This document shows positions 36,721 through 50,400 of a stretch of DNA of 64,000 nt, piece by piece (position 1 is the first letter of the stretch; each line of letters starts with the position of its first letter). The notes beneath the pieces are model-generated. The model searched no databases and was not told the origin of the DNA. It saw only the letters and a list, made by a program, of their open reading frames with translations. The DNA comes from Nitrospirales bacterium. Lineage in GTDB: Bacteria > Nitrospirota > Nitrospiria > Nitrospirales > UBA8639. The translations under genes were made by a program, and so were the position numbers. Location of the stretch: the NCBI GenBank assembly GCA_965203295.1, contig CBDBCZ010000015.1:1056001-1120000 (forward strand), given 5' to 3'.

Positions 36721-37495
36721 GCTACCATTGATATAACCCTTCCGAACTATTTAGAAAATAAGCTGGTTATTCAAAGGCTTGTTTTGTTTGAATGATATTA
36801 GTCAGATACAATACATGCTTAGGAAGTATCAGTGTTCAAGAAAGGAACTGGTTATTCAAAGGCTTGTTTAGTTTGGTTGATGTTAGTCTGAAGATTAGGA
36901 AAGAAGGATTTTATTTAAAATTGTTAGTTTTTTTGTCTCTAGCAAAGACTTTAAGCCAAAGTAACTTGCTACCATTTATCTGACCCTTCCCAACTGTTTA
37001 GAAAAAGAGCTGGTTATTCAAAGGCCTGTTTAGTTTTGTTGATGTTAGCCTGAAAATTAGGAAGGAAGGATTTTATCGAAAATTGTTAGTTTTGTTGGTC
37101 TCTAGCAAAGACTTTCAGCCAAAGTAACTGGCTACCATTGATCTGACCCTTAACAACTGTTTTGGAAAAGAACTGGTTATTCAAAGGCTTGTTTAGTTTG
37201 AATGATGTTAGTCAGATAAAATACACGCTTAGGAAGTATCGATGTTCAAGAAAGGAACTGGTTATTCAAAGGCTTGTTTTGTTTGGTTGATGTTAGTCTG
37301 AAGATTAGGAAAGAAGGATTTTATTGAAAATTGTTAGTTTTTTTGTCTCTAGCAAAGACTTTAAGCCAAAGTAACTTGCTACCATTTATCTGACCCTTCC
37401 CAACTGTTTAGAAAAAGAGCTGGTTATTCAAAGGCCTGTTTAGTTTTGTTGATGTTAGCCTGAAAATTAGGAAGGAAGGATTTTATTGAAAATTG
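36721..37495 (+). repeat. Composite satellite array, block 3
   Basis: A/B units, with a ~410-bp AAB local duplication (TGAAAATTAGGAAGGAAGGA at 37051 and 37461). Confidence 0.97.
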
Positions 37496-38422
37496 CTAGG
37501 AGCAGCTAAAAAGATGCTTGGCTGCTCTTCTAAAACGTGTAATGAAGCAGTAAGGGGGGATATGGGGTTAGAATCTTTGAAAGGCAGGAGGGATAGATGC
37601 AAACTTAAGTGGTGGTATAAAGTCAATAGTTTGAATGCTGAGAGATATCCTAGATTACTACTAGACAGTGAGTGGGAAGTGAAGCCGTGTAGGGGTAGGC
37701 AGAGGAAGACCTGGAGGAAAGTAATTAGTGAATTGTTGTTGCAGTTAAATCTAGACAGTCAGGAAATACTAGCTGAAGATTATAATGTAAACTTGTTTTT
37801 AGAGAGAGTAGATGAAGCATTGAGATGCAGAGAATATAAAGATTTTAATGATGGCTTAAATAGTAAAGTTAAGCTTAGTCTTTACAAGTCTTTTTGTAAG
37901 GAAATAGAATTTAAAAATTACTTGCAGGGGGTTGGGGATCCAGGAACACGATTGTTGTTTAAGTTTAGGTCTGGTACTAATGGTCTGAATGAAGAGTTAG
38001 GAAGGCATCGGGGTAAAAATGATGATAGGCAGTGTAAGTTGTGTGGGGATGAATGTGAGAGTGTGGTACATGTGCTCTGGGAGTGTCCTGCGTATGATAC
38101 TTTTAGAAGTACTTTCATGGAAGACTTAGACAATCTGTTGGGTGGAAGTTTTGAAGAGTTTAGTGCACTCAATAATTTCGAGAGGACGGGCTTTGTTTTA
38201 GGGTGTGAGAATTGGGAAAGATATGATTTTAAGGCTTTATTAAGGCTAGTTAAGAGTTTTATTTTATTAATCTGGGATACTAGGAAGAATAAATTATATG
38301 GTGATCAGGATGGTAATGGTGAGACATCTGGTTGCTCTTGTCCTCTGACTGGAGATCTTTCAAGTTCCGCCTGCGTATGTGGGTGCGTGGTCAATGGCGT
38401 AAGCGCTACGGCAGCAACATGA
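37493..38422 (+). CDS. LINE ORF2 C-terminal remnant (post-RT region + CCHC zinc knuckle, zf-RVT-like); no genuine start codon
   Basis: 309-aa open frame: AAKKMLGCSSKTCNEAVRGDMGLESLKGRRDRCKLKWWYKV...RGRQRKTW...LFKFRSGTNGLNEELGR...CKLCGDECESVVHVLWECPAY. The initial TTG belongs to the satellite. The RT catalytic core is absent. Confidence 0.85.
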   Translation: MLGAAKKMLGCSSKTCNEAVRGDMGLESLKGRRDRCKLKWWYKVNSLNAERYPRLLLDSEWEVKPCRGRQRKTWRKVISELLLQLNLDSQEILAEDYNVNLFLERVDEALRCREYKDFNDGLNSKVKLSLYKSFCKEIEFKNYLQGVGDPGTRLLFKFRSGTNGLNEELGRHRGKNDDRQCKLCGDECESVVHVLWECPAYDTFRSTFMEDLDNLLGGSFEEFSALNNFERTGFVLGCENWERYDFKALLRLVKSFILLIWDTRKNKLYGDQDGNGETSGCSCPLTGDLSSSACVCGCVVNGVSATAAT

Positions 38423-38440
38423 GTATATTTATTTATTTAT
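37496..38440 (+). mobile_element. 5'-truncated non-LTR retrotransposon (LINE), 945 bp, (TATT)n tail, no TSD
   Basis: Inserted at satellite AAAATTG^TTAGTTTTG. Ends TGA-GTATATTTATTTATTTAT. Encodes the ORF2 C-terminal region. Confidence 0.92.
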
Positions 38441-41400
38441 TTAGTTTTGTTGGTCTCTAGCAAAGACTTTCAGCCAAAGTAACTGGCTACCATTGATCTG
38501 ACCCTTAACAACTGTTTTGGAAAAGAACTGGTTATTCAAAGGCTTGTTTAGTTTGAATGATGTTAGTCAGATACAATACACGCTTAGGAAGTATCGATGT
38601 TCAAGAAAGGAACTGGTTATTCAAAGGCTTGTTTTGTTTGGTTGATGTTAGTCTGAAGATTAGGAAAGAAGGATTTTATTGAAAATTGTTAGTTTTTGTT
38701 GGTCTCTAGCAAAGACTTTGAGCCAAAGTAACTAGCTACCATTGATCTGACCCTTCCCAACTGTTTAGGAAAAGAACTGGTTATTCAAAGGCTTGATTAG
38801 TTTTAATAATGTTAGTCGGATACAATACATGTTTAGGAAGTGTCGATGTTCAAGAAAGGAACTGGTTATTCAAAGGCTTGTTTAGTTTGGTTGATGTTAG
38901 TCTGAAGATTAGGAAAGAAAGATTTTATTGAAAATTGTTAGTTTTGTTGGTCTCAGGCAAAGACTTTCAGCAAAAGTAACTAGCTACCATTGATCTGACC
39001 CTTCGTAACTGTTAAGGAAAATAACTGGTTATTCAAAGACTTGTTTAGTTTGAATGATGTTAGTCTGAAGTTTAGGAAAGAAGGATTTTATTGAAAATTG
39101 TTAGTTTTGTTGGTCTCTAGCAAAGACTTTAAGCCAAAGTAACTAGCTACCATTTATCTGACCCTTCCCAACTGTTTAGAAAAAGAACTGGTTATTCAAA
39201 GGCCTGTTTAGTTTTGTTGATGTTAGCCTAAAGATCAGGAAAGAAGAATTTTATTGAAAATTGTTAGTTTTGTTGGTCTCTAGCAAAAACTTTAAGCCAA
39301 AGTTACTAGCTACCATTGATCTGACCCTTCCCAACTGTTTAGAAAAAGAGCTGGTTATTCAAAGGCTTGTTTTGTTTGAATTATATTAGTCAGATAAAAT
39401 ACATGCTTAGGAAGAATCAATATTCAAGAAAGGAACTGGTTATTCAAAGGCTTGTTTAGTTTGGTTGATGTTAGTCTGAAGATTAGGAAAGAAGGATTTT
39501 ATTTAAAATTGTTTGTTTTGTTGGCCTCAAGCAAAGACTTTCAGCCAAAGTAAACTGGCTACTATTGATCTGACCCTTCCCAACAGTTTAGGAAAACAAC
39601 TGGTTATTCAAAGGCTTGTTTAGTTTGAATTGATGTTAGTCAGATACAATACATGCTTAGGAAGTATCGATGTTCAAGAAAGGAACTGGTTATTCAAAGG
39701 CTTGTTTTGTTTGCTTGATGTTTGTCTGCAGATTAGGAAAGAAGTATTTTATAGAAAATCGTTAGTTTTGTTGGCCTCTAGCAAAGACTTTGAGCCAAAG
39801 TAACTAGCTACCATTGATCTGACCCTTCCCAACTGTTTAGGAAAAGAACCTTTTATTCAAAGGCTTGATTAGTTTTTAATGATGTTAGTCGGATACAATA
39901 CATGTTTAGGAAGTGTCGATGTTCAAGAAAGGAACTGGTTATTGAAAGGCTTGTTTATTTTGGTTGATGTTAGTCTGAAGATTAGGAAAGAAGGATTTTA
40001 TTGAAAATTGTTAGTTTTGTTGGTCTCTAGCAAAGACTTTCAGCCAAAGTAACTGGCTACCATTGATCTGACCCTTCCTAACAGTTTAGGAAAAGAACCT
40101 GTTATTCAAAGGCTTGTTTAGTTTGAATGATGTTAGTCAAATACAATACATGCTTAGGAAGTATCGATGTTCAAGAAAGGAACTGGTTATTCAAAGGCTT
40201 GTTTAGTTTGGTTGATGTTAGTCTGAAGATTAGGGAAAGAAGGATTTTATTGAAAATTGTTAGTTTTGTTCATCTCAGGCAAAGATTTTCAGCCAAAGTA
40301 ACTAGCTACCATTGATCTGACACTTCCCAACTGTTTAGGAAAAGAACCTGTTATTCAAAGGCTTGTTTAGTTGGAATGATGTTAGTCAAATACAATACAT
40401 GCTTAGGAAGTATCGATGTTCAAGAAAGGAACTGGTTATTCAAAGGCTTGTTTAGTTTGGTTTGATGTTAGTCTGAAGATTTGGAAAGAAGGATTTTATG
40501 GAAAATCGATAGTTTTGTTGGTCTCTAGCAAAGACTTTGAACCAAAGTAACTAGCTACCATTGATCTGACCCTTCCTAACTGTTTAGGAAAAGAACTGGT
40601 TATTCAAAGGCTTGTTTAGTTTGAATAATGTTAGTCTGAAGATTAGGAAAGAAGGATTTTATTGAAAATTGTTAGTTTTGTTGGTCTCTAGCAAAAACTT
40701 TAAGCCAAAGTAACTAGCTACTATTTATCTGACCCTTCCCAACTGTTTAGAAAAAGAACTGGTTATTCAAAGTCCTGTTTAGTTTTGTTGATGTTAGCCT
40801 GAAGATTAGGAAAGAAGGATTTTATTGAAAATTGTTAGTTTTGTTTTTCTCTTGCAATGACTTTAATTAAGCCATAGTTACTAGCTACCATTGATCTGAC
40901 CTTTCCGAACTCTTTAGAAAAAGTGCTGGTTATTCAAAGGCTTTTTTTGTTTGTATGATATTAGTCAGATACAATACATGCTTAGGAAGTATCAATATTC
41001 AAGAAAGGAACTGGTTATTCAAAGGCTTTGTTTAGTTTGGTTGATGTTAGTCTGAAGATTAGGAAAGAAGGATTTTATTTAAAATTGTTAGTTTTGTTGG
41101 TCTCATGCAAAGACTTTCAGCCAAAGTAACTGGCTACCATTGATCTGACCCTTCCCAACTGTTTAGGAAAAGAACTGGTTATTCAAAAGGCTTGTTTAGT
41201 TTGAATTATGTTAGTCAGATACAATACACGCTTATGAAGTATCGATGTTCAAAAAAGGAACTGTTTATTCAAAGGCTTGTTTAGTTTGGTTGATGTTAGT
41301 ATGAAGATTAGGAAAGAAGGATTTTATAGAAAATGGTTAGTTTTGTTGGTCTCTAGCAAAGACTTTAAGCCAAAGTAACTAGCTACCATTGATCTGACCC

Positions 41401-44400
41401 TTCCCACCTGTTTAGAAAAAGAACTGGTTATTCAAAGGCTAGTTTAGTTTGAATGATGTTAGTCAAATACAATACATGCCTAGGAAGTATCAATATTCAA
41501 GAAAGGAACTGGTTATTCAAAGGCTTGTTTAGTTTGGTTGATGTTAGTCTGAAGATTAGGAAAGAAGGATTTTATTTAAAATTGTTAGTTTTGTTGGTCT
41601 CTGGCAAAGACTTTAAGCCAAAGTAACAAGCTACCATTGATCTTACCCTTCCCAACTGTTTAGGAAAAGAACTGGTTATGCAAAGGCTTGTTTAGTTTGA
41701 ATGATGTTAGTCAAATACAATACATTCTTAGGAAGAATTTGTTTTTTTTGGTCTCAGGCAAAGACTTTAAGCCAAAGTAACTGGCTACCAATGATCTGAA
41801 CCTTTCCAACTGTTTAGGAAAAGAACTGGTTATTCAAAGGCTTGTTTTGTTTAAATGATGTTAGTAAAATACAATACATGCTTAGGAAGTAATGATGTTC
41901 AAGAAAGGAACTTGTTATTCAAAGGCTTGTTTAGTTTTTGTCTGAAGATTAGGAAAGAAGAATATTATTTTAGCTTTGTTGGTCTCTGGCAAAGACTTTA
42001 AGCCAAGGTAACTAGCTACCTTTATATATCTGACCCTTCCCAACTGTTTAGAAAAAGAACTGGTTATTCAAAGGCTTGTTTAGATTGAATGATATTAGTC
42101 AAATACAATACATGCTAAGGAAGTATCGATGTTCAAAAAATGAACTGGTTATTCAAAAGCTTGTTTAGTTTGGTTGATGTTAGTCTGAAGATTAGGAAAG
42201 AAGGATTTTATTCAAAAATTGTTAATTTAGTTGGTCTCTGGCAAAGATTTTAAGCCAAGGTAACTAGCTACCATTTGTCTGACCCTTCCCAACTGTCTTG
42301 GAAAGGAACTGGTTTAAGATTCAATCATTTGTTTAGTTTAAATGATGTTTGTCAGATACAATACATACATGCTTTGAAAGTAAGGGTTTTCACTAATAAT
42401 GGTACAATTTTAGCTTTATTGGTCTCAGGAAACTTTCAGTCAAAACAACTAGCTACCATTGATCTGACCCTTCCCAACTGTCTAGGAAAGAAATTTTTTA
42501 AAGATTTTATAGCTTGTTTAGTTTGAATGATGTTAGTCGGATACAATACATGCTTAGGAAGTATTGATGTTCAAGACTGGAACTGGTTATTCAAAGGCTT
42601 GTTTAGTTTGGTTGATGTTAGTCTGAAGATTAGGAAAGAAGGATTTCATTGAAAATTGTTAGATTTGTTTGTCTCTGGCAAAGACTTTAAGCCAAAGTCA
42701 CTAGCTACCATTGATCTGACCCTTCCCAACATTTTAGAAAAAGAACTGGTTATTCAAAGGCTTGTTTATTTTGAATGATGTTAGTCAGATACAATACATG
42801 CTTAGGAAGTATCGATGTTCAAGAAAGGAACTGGTTATTCAAAGGCCGGTTTAGTTTGGTTGATGTTAGTCTGAAGATTAGGAAGGAAGGATTTTATTGA
42901 AAATTGTTAGTTTTTTTGGTCTCAAGCAGAGAATTTGAGCCAAAGCAACTAGCTACCATTGATTAGGAAAGAAGGATTTTATTGAAAATTGTTAGTTTTG
43001 TTGGTCTCTAGCAAAGACTTTAAGGCAAAGTAACTAGCTACCATTTATCTGACCCTTCCGAACTGTTTAGAAAAAGAACTGGTTATTCAAAGGCCTGTTT
43101 AGTTTTATTGATTTTAGCCTTAAGATTAGGAAAGAATGATTTTCTTGAAAATTGTTAGTTTTGTTGGTCTCTAGCAAAGACTTTAAGCCAAAGTCACTAG
43201 CTACCATTTATCTGACACTTCCCAACTGTTTAGAAAAAGAACTGGTTATTCAAAGGCTAGTTTAGTTTGAATGATGTTAGTCAAATACAATAATCCTTAG
43301 GAAGTATCGATGTTCAAGAAAGGAACTGGTTATTCTAAGGCTTGTTTAGTTTGCTTGATGTTAGTTTGCAGATTAGAAAAGAAGTATTTTATTGAAAATC
43401 ATTAGTTTTGTTGGTCTCTAGCAATGACTTTAAGCCGAAGTAACTAGCTACCATTGATCTGATTCTTCCCAACTGTTTAGAAAAAGAACTGGTTATTCAA
43501 AGGCTTATTTATTTTGAATGATGTTAGTCAAATACAATACATGCCTAAGAAGTATCGATGTTCAAGAAAGGAACTTGTTATTCAAAGGCTTGTTTAGTTT
43601 TGTTGATGTTTGTCTGAAGATTAGGAAAGAAGGATTTATTGAAAATTGTTAGTTTTGTTGGTCTCTGGCAAAGACTTTAAGCCAAAGTAACAAGCTATCA
43701 TTGATCTGACCCTTCCCAACTGTTAGGAAAAGAATTGGTTATGCAAAGGCTTGTTTAGTTTGAATGATGTTAGTCAGATACAATATATGCTTAGGAAGTA
43801 TCGATGTTCTAGAAAGGAACTGGTTATTCAAAAGCCGGTTTAGTTTGGTTGATGTTAGTCTGAAGATTAGGAAAGAAGAATTTTTCTCAAAAATTGTTTT
43901 TTTTTGTCTCTGGCAAAGACTTTAAGCCAAAGTAACTAGCTACCATTGATCTGACTCTTCCCAACTGTTTAGTAAACGAACTGGTTATTCGAAGGCTAGT
44001 TTAGTTTGAATGATGTTATTCAAATACAATACATCCTTAGGAAGTATCGATGTTCAAGAAAGTAACTGGTTTTTCAAAGGCTTGTTTAGTTTGGTTGATG
44101 TTAGTCTGCAGATTAGGAAAGAAGTATTTTATAGAAAATCGTTAGTTTTGTTGGTCTCTAGCAAAGACTTTGAGCCAAAGTAACTAGCTACCATTGATCT
44201 TACCCTTCCTAACTGTTTAGGAAAAGAACTGGTTATTCAAAGGCTTGTTTAGTTTAAATGATGTTAGTCGGATTCAATACATGCTTAGGAAATATCAATG
44301 TTCAAGAAAGGAACTTGTTATTCAAAGGCTGGTTTAGTTTGAATGATGTTAGTCAGATACAATACATGCTTAGGAAGTATCGATGTTCAAGAAAGGAACT

Positions 44401-47400
44401 GGTTATTCAAAGGCTTGTTTAATTTGGTTGATGTTAACCTGAAGATTAGGAAAGAAGGATTTTATTGAAAATTGTTAGTTTTTGTTGGTCTGAGGCTAAG
44501 ACTTTCAGCCAAAGTAACTGGCTACCATTGATCTGACACTTCCCAACTATTTAGGAAAAGAACCTGTTATTCAAAGGCTTGTTTAGTTTGCTTGATGTTA
44601 GTCTGCAGATTAGGAAAGAAGTATTTTATAGAAAATCGTTAGTTTTGTTGGTCTCTAGCAAAGACTTTGAGCCAAAGTAACTAGCTACCATTGATCTGAC
44701 CCTTCCCAACTGTTTAGAAAAAGAACTGGTTATTCAAAGGCTTGTTTAGTTTGAATGATGTTAGTCGGATACAATACATGCTTAGGAAGTATCAATGTTC
44801 AAGACCGGAACTGGTTATTCAAAGGCTTGTTTAGTTTGGTTGATGTTTGTCTGAAGATTAGGAAAGAAGGATTTCATTGAAAATTGTTAGATTTGTTGGT
44901 CTCTGGCAAAGACTCTAAGCGAAAGTCACTAACTACCATTGATCTGACTCTTCCCAACTGTTTAGAAAAAGAACTGGTTATTCAAAGGCTTGTTTAGTTT
45001 GAATGATGTTAGTCAGATACAATACACGCTTAGGAAGTATCGATGTTCAAGAAAGGAACTTGTTATTCAAGGGCTTGTTTAGTTTCGTTGATGATAGTCT
45101 GAAGATTAGGAAAGAAGGATTTTAATGAAAATTATTAGTTTTGTTCGTCTCTAGCAAAGACTTTAAGCCTAAGTTACTAGCTACCTTTAATCTGACCCTT
45201 CCCAACTGTTTAGAAAAAGAGCTTGTTATTCAAAAGCTTGTTTAGTTTGAATGATGTTAGTCTGAAGCTTAGAAAAGAAGGATTTTATTGAAAATTGATA
45301 GTTTTGTTGGTCTCTAGCAAAGACTTTAAGCCAAAGTAACTAGCTACCATAGATCTGACCCTTTCCAACGGTTCAGGAAAAGAACCTGTTATTCAAAGGC
45401 TTGATTAGTTTTAATTTAAAGTTAGTCGGATACAATACATGTTTAGGAAGTATCGATGTTCAAGAAAGGAACTGGTTATTCAAAGGCTTGTTTAGTTTGG
45501 TTGATGTTAGTCTGAAGATTAGGAAAGAAGAATTTTATTAAAAATGTTAGTTTTGTTGGTCTCAGGCAAAGACTTTCAGCAAAAGTAACTAGCTATCATT
45601 GATCTGACCCTTCCTAACTGTTTAGGAAAAGAACTGGTTATTCAAAGGCTTGTTTAGTTTGAATGATGTTAGTCTGATGATTAAGAAAGAAGGATTTTAT
45701 TGAAAATTGTTAGTTTTGTTGGTCTCAGGCAAAGACTTTCAGCCAAAGTAACTGGCTACCATTTATCTGACCCTTCCCAACTGTTTAGGAAAAGAACTGG
45801 TTGTTCAAAGGCTTGATTAATTTTATTGATGTTAGTCGGACACAATACATGTTTAAAAAGTGTCGATGTTCAAGAAAGGAACTGGTTATTCAAAGGCTTG
45901 TTTAGTTTTGTTGATGTTAGTCTGAAGATTATGAAAGAAGGATTTTATTGAAAATTGTTAGTTTTGTTGGTCTCAGGCAAAGACTTTCAGCAAAAGTAGC
46001 TAGCTACCATTGAACTGACCCTTCCTAACTGTTTAAGAAAAGAACTGGTTATTCAAAGGCTTGTTTAGTTTGAATAATGTTAGTCTGTAGATTAGGAAAG
46101 AAGGATTTTATTGAAAATTGTTAGTTTTGTTTGTCTCTAGCAAAGACTTTAAGCCAAAGTAACTAGCTACCATTTATCTGACCCTTCCCAACTGTTTAGA
46201 AAAAGAACTGGTTATTCAAAGGCCTGTTTAGTTTTGTTGATGTTATTCTGAAGATTAGGAAAGAAGGATTTTATTGAAAATTGTTAGTTTTGTTGGTCTC
46301 TAGCTAAGACTTTAAGCCAAAGTAACTTGCTACCATTTATCTGACCCTTCCTAACTGTTTAGAAAAATAGCTGGTTATTCAAAGGCCTGTTTAGTTTTGT
46401 TGATGTTAGCCTGAAGATTAGGAAAGAAGTATTTTATTGAAAATTGTTAGTTTTTTTGGTCTCAGGCAAAGACTTTCAGCCAAAGTAACAAGCTACCATT
46501 GATCTGACCCTTCCCAACTGTTTTGGAAAAGAACTGGTTATTCAAAGGCTTGTTTAGTTTGGTCAGATACAATACATGTTTAGGAAGTATCGATGTTCAA
46601 GAAAGGAACTGGTTATTCAAAGGCTTGTTTAGTTTAGTTGATTTTAGTCTGAAGATTAGGAAAGGAGGATTTTATTGAAAATTGTTAGTTTTGTTGGTCT
46701 CAGGTAAAGACTTTCAGCCAAAGTATCTAGCTACCATTAATCTGACCCCTCCCAACTGTCTTGGAAAGGAACTGGTTTATGATTCAATCATTTGTTTAGT
46801 TTAAATGATGTTTGTCGGATACAATACATACATGCTTAGAAAGTAAGGGTTTTCACTAATAATTGGTACAATTTTAGCTTTATTGGTCTCAGGAAACTTT
46901 CAGTCAAAACAACTAGCTACCATTGATCTGACCCTTCCCAACTGTCTAGGAAAGAAATTTTTTAAAGATTTTTTAGCTTGTTTAGTTTGAATGATGTTAG
47001 TCGGATACAATACATGCTTAGGAAGTATCGATGTTCAAGACCGGAACTGGTTATTCAAAGGCTTGTTTAGTTTGGTTGATGTTAGTCTGAAGATTAGGAA
47101 AGAAGGATTTCATTGAAAATTGTTAGATTTGTTTGTCTCTGGCAAAGACTTTAAGCCAAAGTCACTAGCTACCATTGATCTGACCCTTCCCAACATTTTA
47201 GAAAAAGAACTGGTTATTCAAAGGCTTGTTTAGTTTGAAATGTTAGTCAGATACAATACACGCTTAGGAAGTATCGATGTTCAAGAAAGGAACTTGTTAT
47301 TCAAGGGCTTGTTTGGTTTCGTTAATGTTAGTCTGAAGATTAGGAAAGAAGGATTTTAATGAAAATTATTAGTTTTGTTGGTCTCTAGCAAAGACTTTAA

Positions 47401-50400
47401 GCGAAAGTTACTAGCTACCTTTAATCTGACCCTTCCCAACTTTTTAGAAAAAGAGCTGGTTATTCAAAAGCTTGTTTAGTTTGAATGATGTTAGTCTGAA
47501 GATTAGAAAAGAAGGATTTTATTGAAAATTGATAGTTTTGTTTGTCTCTAGCAAAGACTTTAAGCCAAAGTAACTAGCTACCATTTATCTGACCCTTCCG
47601 AACTGTTTAGAAAAAGAACTGGTTATTCAAAGGCCCCTTTTAGTTTTGTTGACGTTAGCCTGAAGATTAGGAAAGAAGGATTTTATTGAAAATTGTTAGT
47701 TTTGTTGGTCTCTAGCAAAGACTTTAAGCCAAAGTCACTAGCTACCATTGATCTTACCCTTCCCAACTGTTTTGGAAAAGAACTGGTTATTCAAAGGCTT
47801 ATTTAGTTTGAATGATGTTTAGTCATATACAATACATGCTTAGGAAGTATCGATGTTCAAGAAAGGAACTTGTTATTCAAAGGCTTGTTTAGTTTGGTTG
47901 ATGTTAGTCTGCAGATTAGGAAAGAAGGATTTTATAGAAAATTGTTAGTTTTGTTTGTCTCTAGCAAAGACTTTGAGCTACCATTGATCTGATCTTTCCG
48001 AACTATTTAGGAAAAGAACTTGTTATTCAAAGGCTTGTTTAGTTTGAATGATGTTAGTCAGATACAATACATGCTTAGGAAGTATCGATGTTCAAGAAAG
48101 GAACTGGTTATTCAAAGGCTTGTTTAATTTGGTTGATGTTAACCTGAAGATTAGGAAAGAAGGATTTTATTGAAAATTGTTAGTTTTTGTTGGTCTCAGG
48201 CTAAGACTTTCAGCCAAAGTAACTGGCTACCATTGATCTAACACTTCCCAACTATTTAGGAAAAGAACCTGTTATTCAAAGGCTTGTTTAGTTTGCTTGA
48301 TGTTAGTCTGCAGATTAGGAAAGAAGTATTTTATAGAAAAATCGTTAGTTTTGTTGGTCTCTAGCAAAGACTTTGAGCCAAAGTAACTAGCTACCATTGA
48401 TCTGACCCTTCCCAACTGTTTAGAAAAAGAACTGGTTATTCAAAGGCTTGTTTAGTTTGAATGATGTTAGTCGGATACAATACATGCTTAGGAAGTATTG
48501 ATGTTCAAGACCGGAACTGGTTATTCAAAGGCTTGTTTAGTTTGGTTGATGTTTGTCTGAAGATTAGGAAAGAAGGATTTCATTGAAAATTGTTAGATTT
48601 GTTGGTCTCTGGCAAAGACTCTAAGCCAAAGTCACTAACTACCATTGATCTGACTCTTCCCAACTGTTTAGAAAAAGAACTGGTTATTCAAAGGGTTGTT
48701 TTGTTTGAATGATGTTAGTCAGATACAATACACGCTTAGGAAGTATCGATGTTCAAGAAAGGAACTTGTTATTCAAGGGCTTGTTTAGTTTCGTTGATGA
48801 TAGTCTGAAGATTAGGAAAGAAGGATTTTAATGAAAATTATTAGTTTTGTTCGTCTCTAGCAAAGACTTTAAGCCAAAGTTACTAGCTACCTTTAATCTG
48901 ACCCTTCCCAACTGTTTAGAAAAAGAGCTGGTTATTCAAAAGCTTGTTTAGTTTGAATGATGTTAGTCTGAAGCTTAGAAAAGAAGGATTTTATTGAAAA
49001 TTGATAGTTTTGTTGGTCTCTAGCAAAGACTTTAAGCCAAAGTAACTAGCTACCATAGATCTGACCCTTTCCAACGGTTTAGGAAAAGAACCTGTTATTC
49101 AAAGGCTGGATTAGTTTTAATTTAAAGTTAGTCGGATACAATACATGTTTAGGAAGTGTCGATGTTCAAGAAAGGAACTGGTTATTCAAAGGCTTGTTTA
49201 GTTTGGTTGATGTTAGTCTGAAGATTAGGAAAGAAGATTTTATTGAAAATTGTTAGTTTTGTTGGTCTCAGGCAAAGACTTTCAGCAAAAGTAACTAGCT
49301 ACCATTGATCTGACCCTTCCTAACTGTTTAGGAAAAGAACTGGTTATTCAAAGGCTTGTTTAGTTTGAATGATGTTAGTCTGAAGATTAAGAAAGAAGGA
49401 TTTTATTGAAAATTGTTAGTTTTGTTGGTCTCAGGCAAAGACTTTCAGCCAAAGTAACTGGCTACCTTTTATCTGACCCTTCCCAACTGTTTAGGAAAAG
49501 AGCTGGTTATTCAAAGGCTTGATTAGTTTTATTGATGTTAGTCGGATACAATACGTGTTTAAAAAGTGTCGATGTTCAAGAAAGGAACTGGTTATTCAAA
49601 GGCTTGTTTAGTTTTGTTGGTTGTAGTCTGAAGATTAGGAAAGAAGGATTTTATTGAAAATTGTTAGTTTTGTTGGTCTCAGGCAAAGACTTTCAGCAAA
49701 AGTAACTAGCTACCATTGAACTGACCCTTCCTAACTGTTTAGGAAAAGAACTGGTTATTCAAAGCCTTGTTTAGTTTGAATGATGTTAGTCTGTAGATTA
49801 GGAAAGAAGGATTTTATTGAAAATTGTTAGTTTTGTTTGTCTCTAGCAAAGACTTTAAGCCAAAGTAACTAGCTACCATTTATTTGACCCTTCCCAACTG
49901 TTTAGAAAAAGAACTGGTTATTCAAAGGCCTGTTTAGTTTTGTTGATGTTAGCCTGAAGATTAGGAAAGAAGGATTTTATTGAAAATTTTTAGTTTTGTT
50001 GGTCTCTTGCAATGACTTTAATTTAGCCAAAGTTACTAGCTACCATTGATCTGTTCTTTCTGAACTATTTATATAAAGTGCAGGTTATTCAAAGGCTTGT
50101 TTTGTTTGAATGATATTAGTCAGATACAATACATGCTTAGGAAGTATCAATGTTTAAGAAAGGAACTGGTTATTCAAAGGCTTGTTTAATTTGGTTGATG
50201 TTATTCTGAAGATTAGGAAAGAAGGATTTTATTGAAAATTGTTAGTTTTGTTGGTCTCTAGCAAAGACTTTAAGCCAAAGTAACTTGCTACCATTTATCT
50301 GACCCTTCCCAACTGTTTAGAAAAAGAGCTGGTTATTCAAAGGCCTGTTTAGTTTGTTGATGTTATCCTGAAGATTAGGAAAGAAGTATTTTATTGAAAA

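Noticed and set aside
37918..38172. 84-aa minus-strand ORF
   Set aside because: Antisense shadow of the LINE ORF2.
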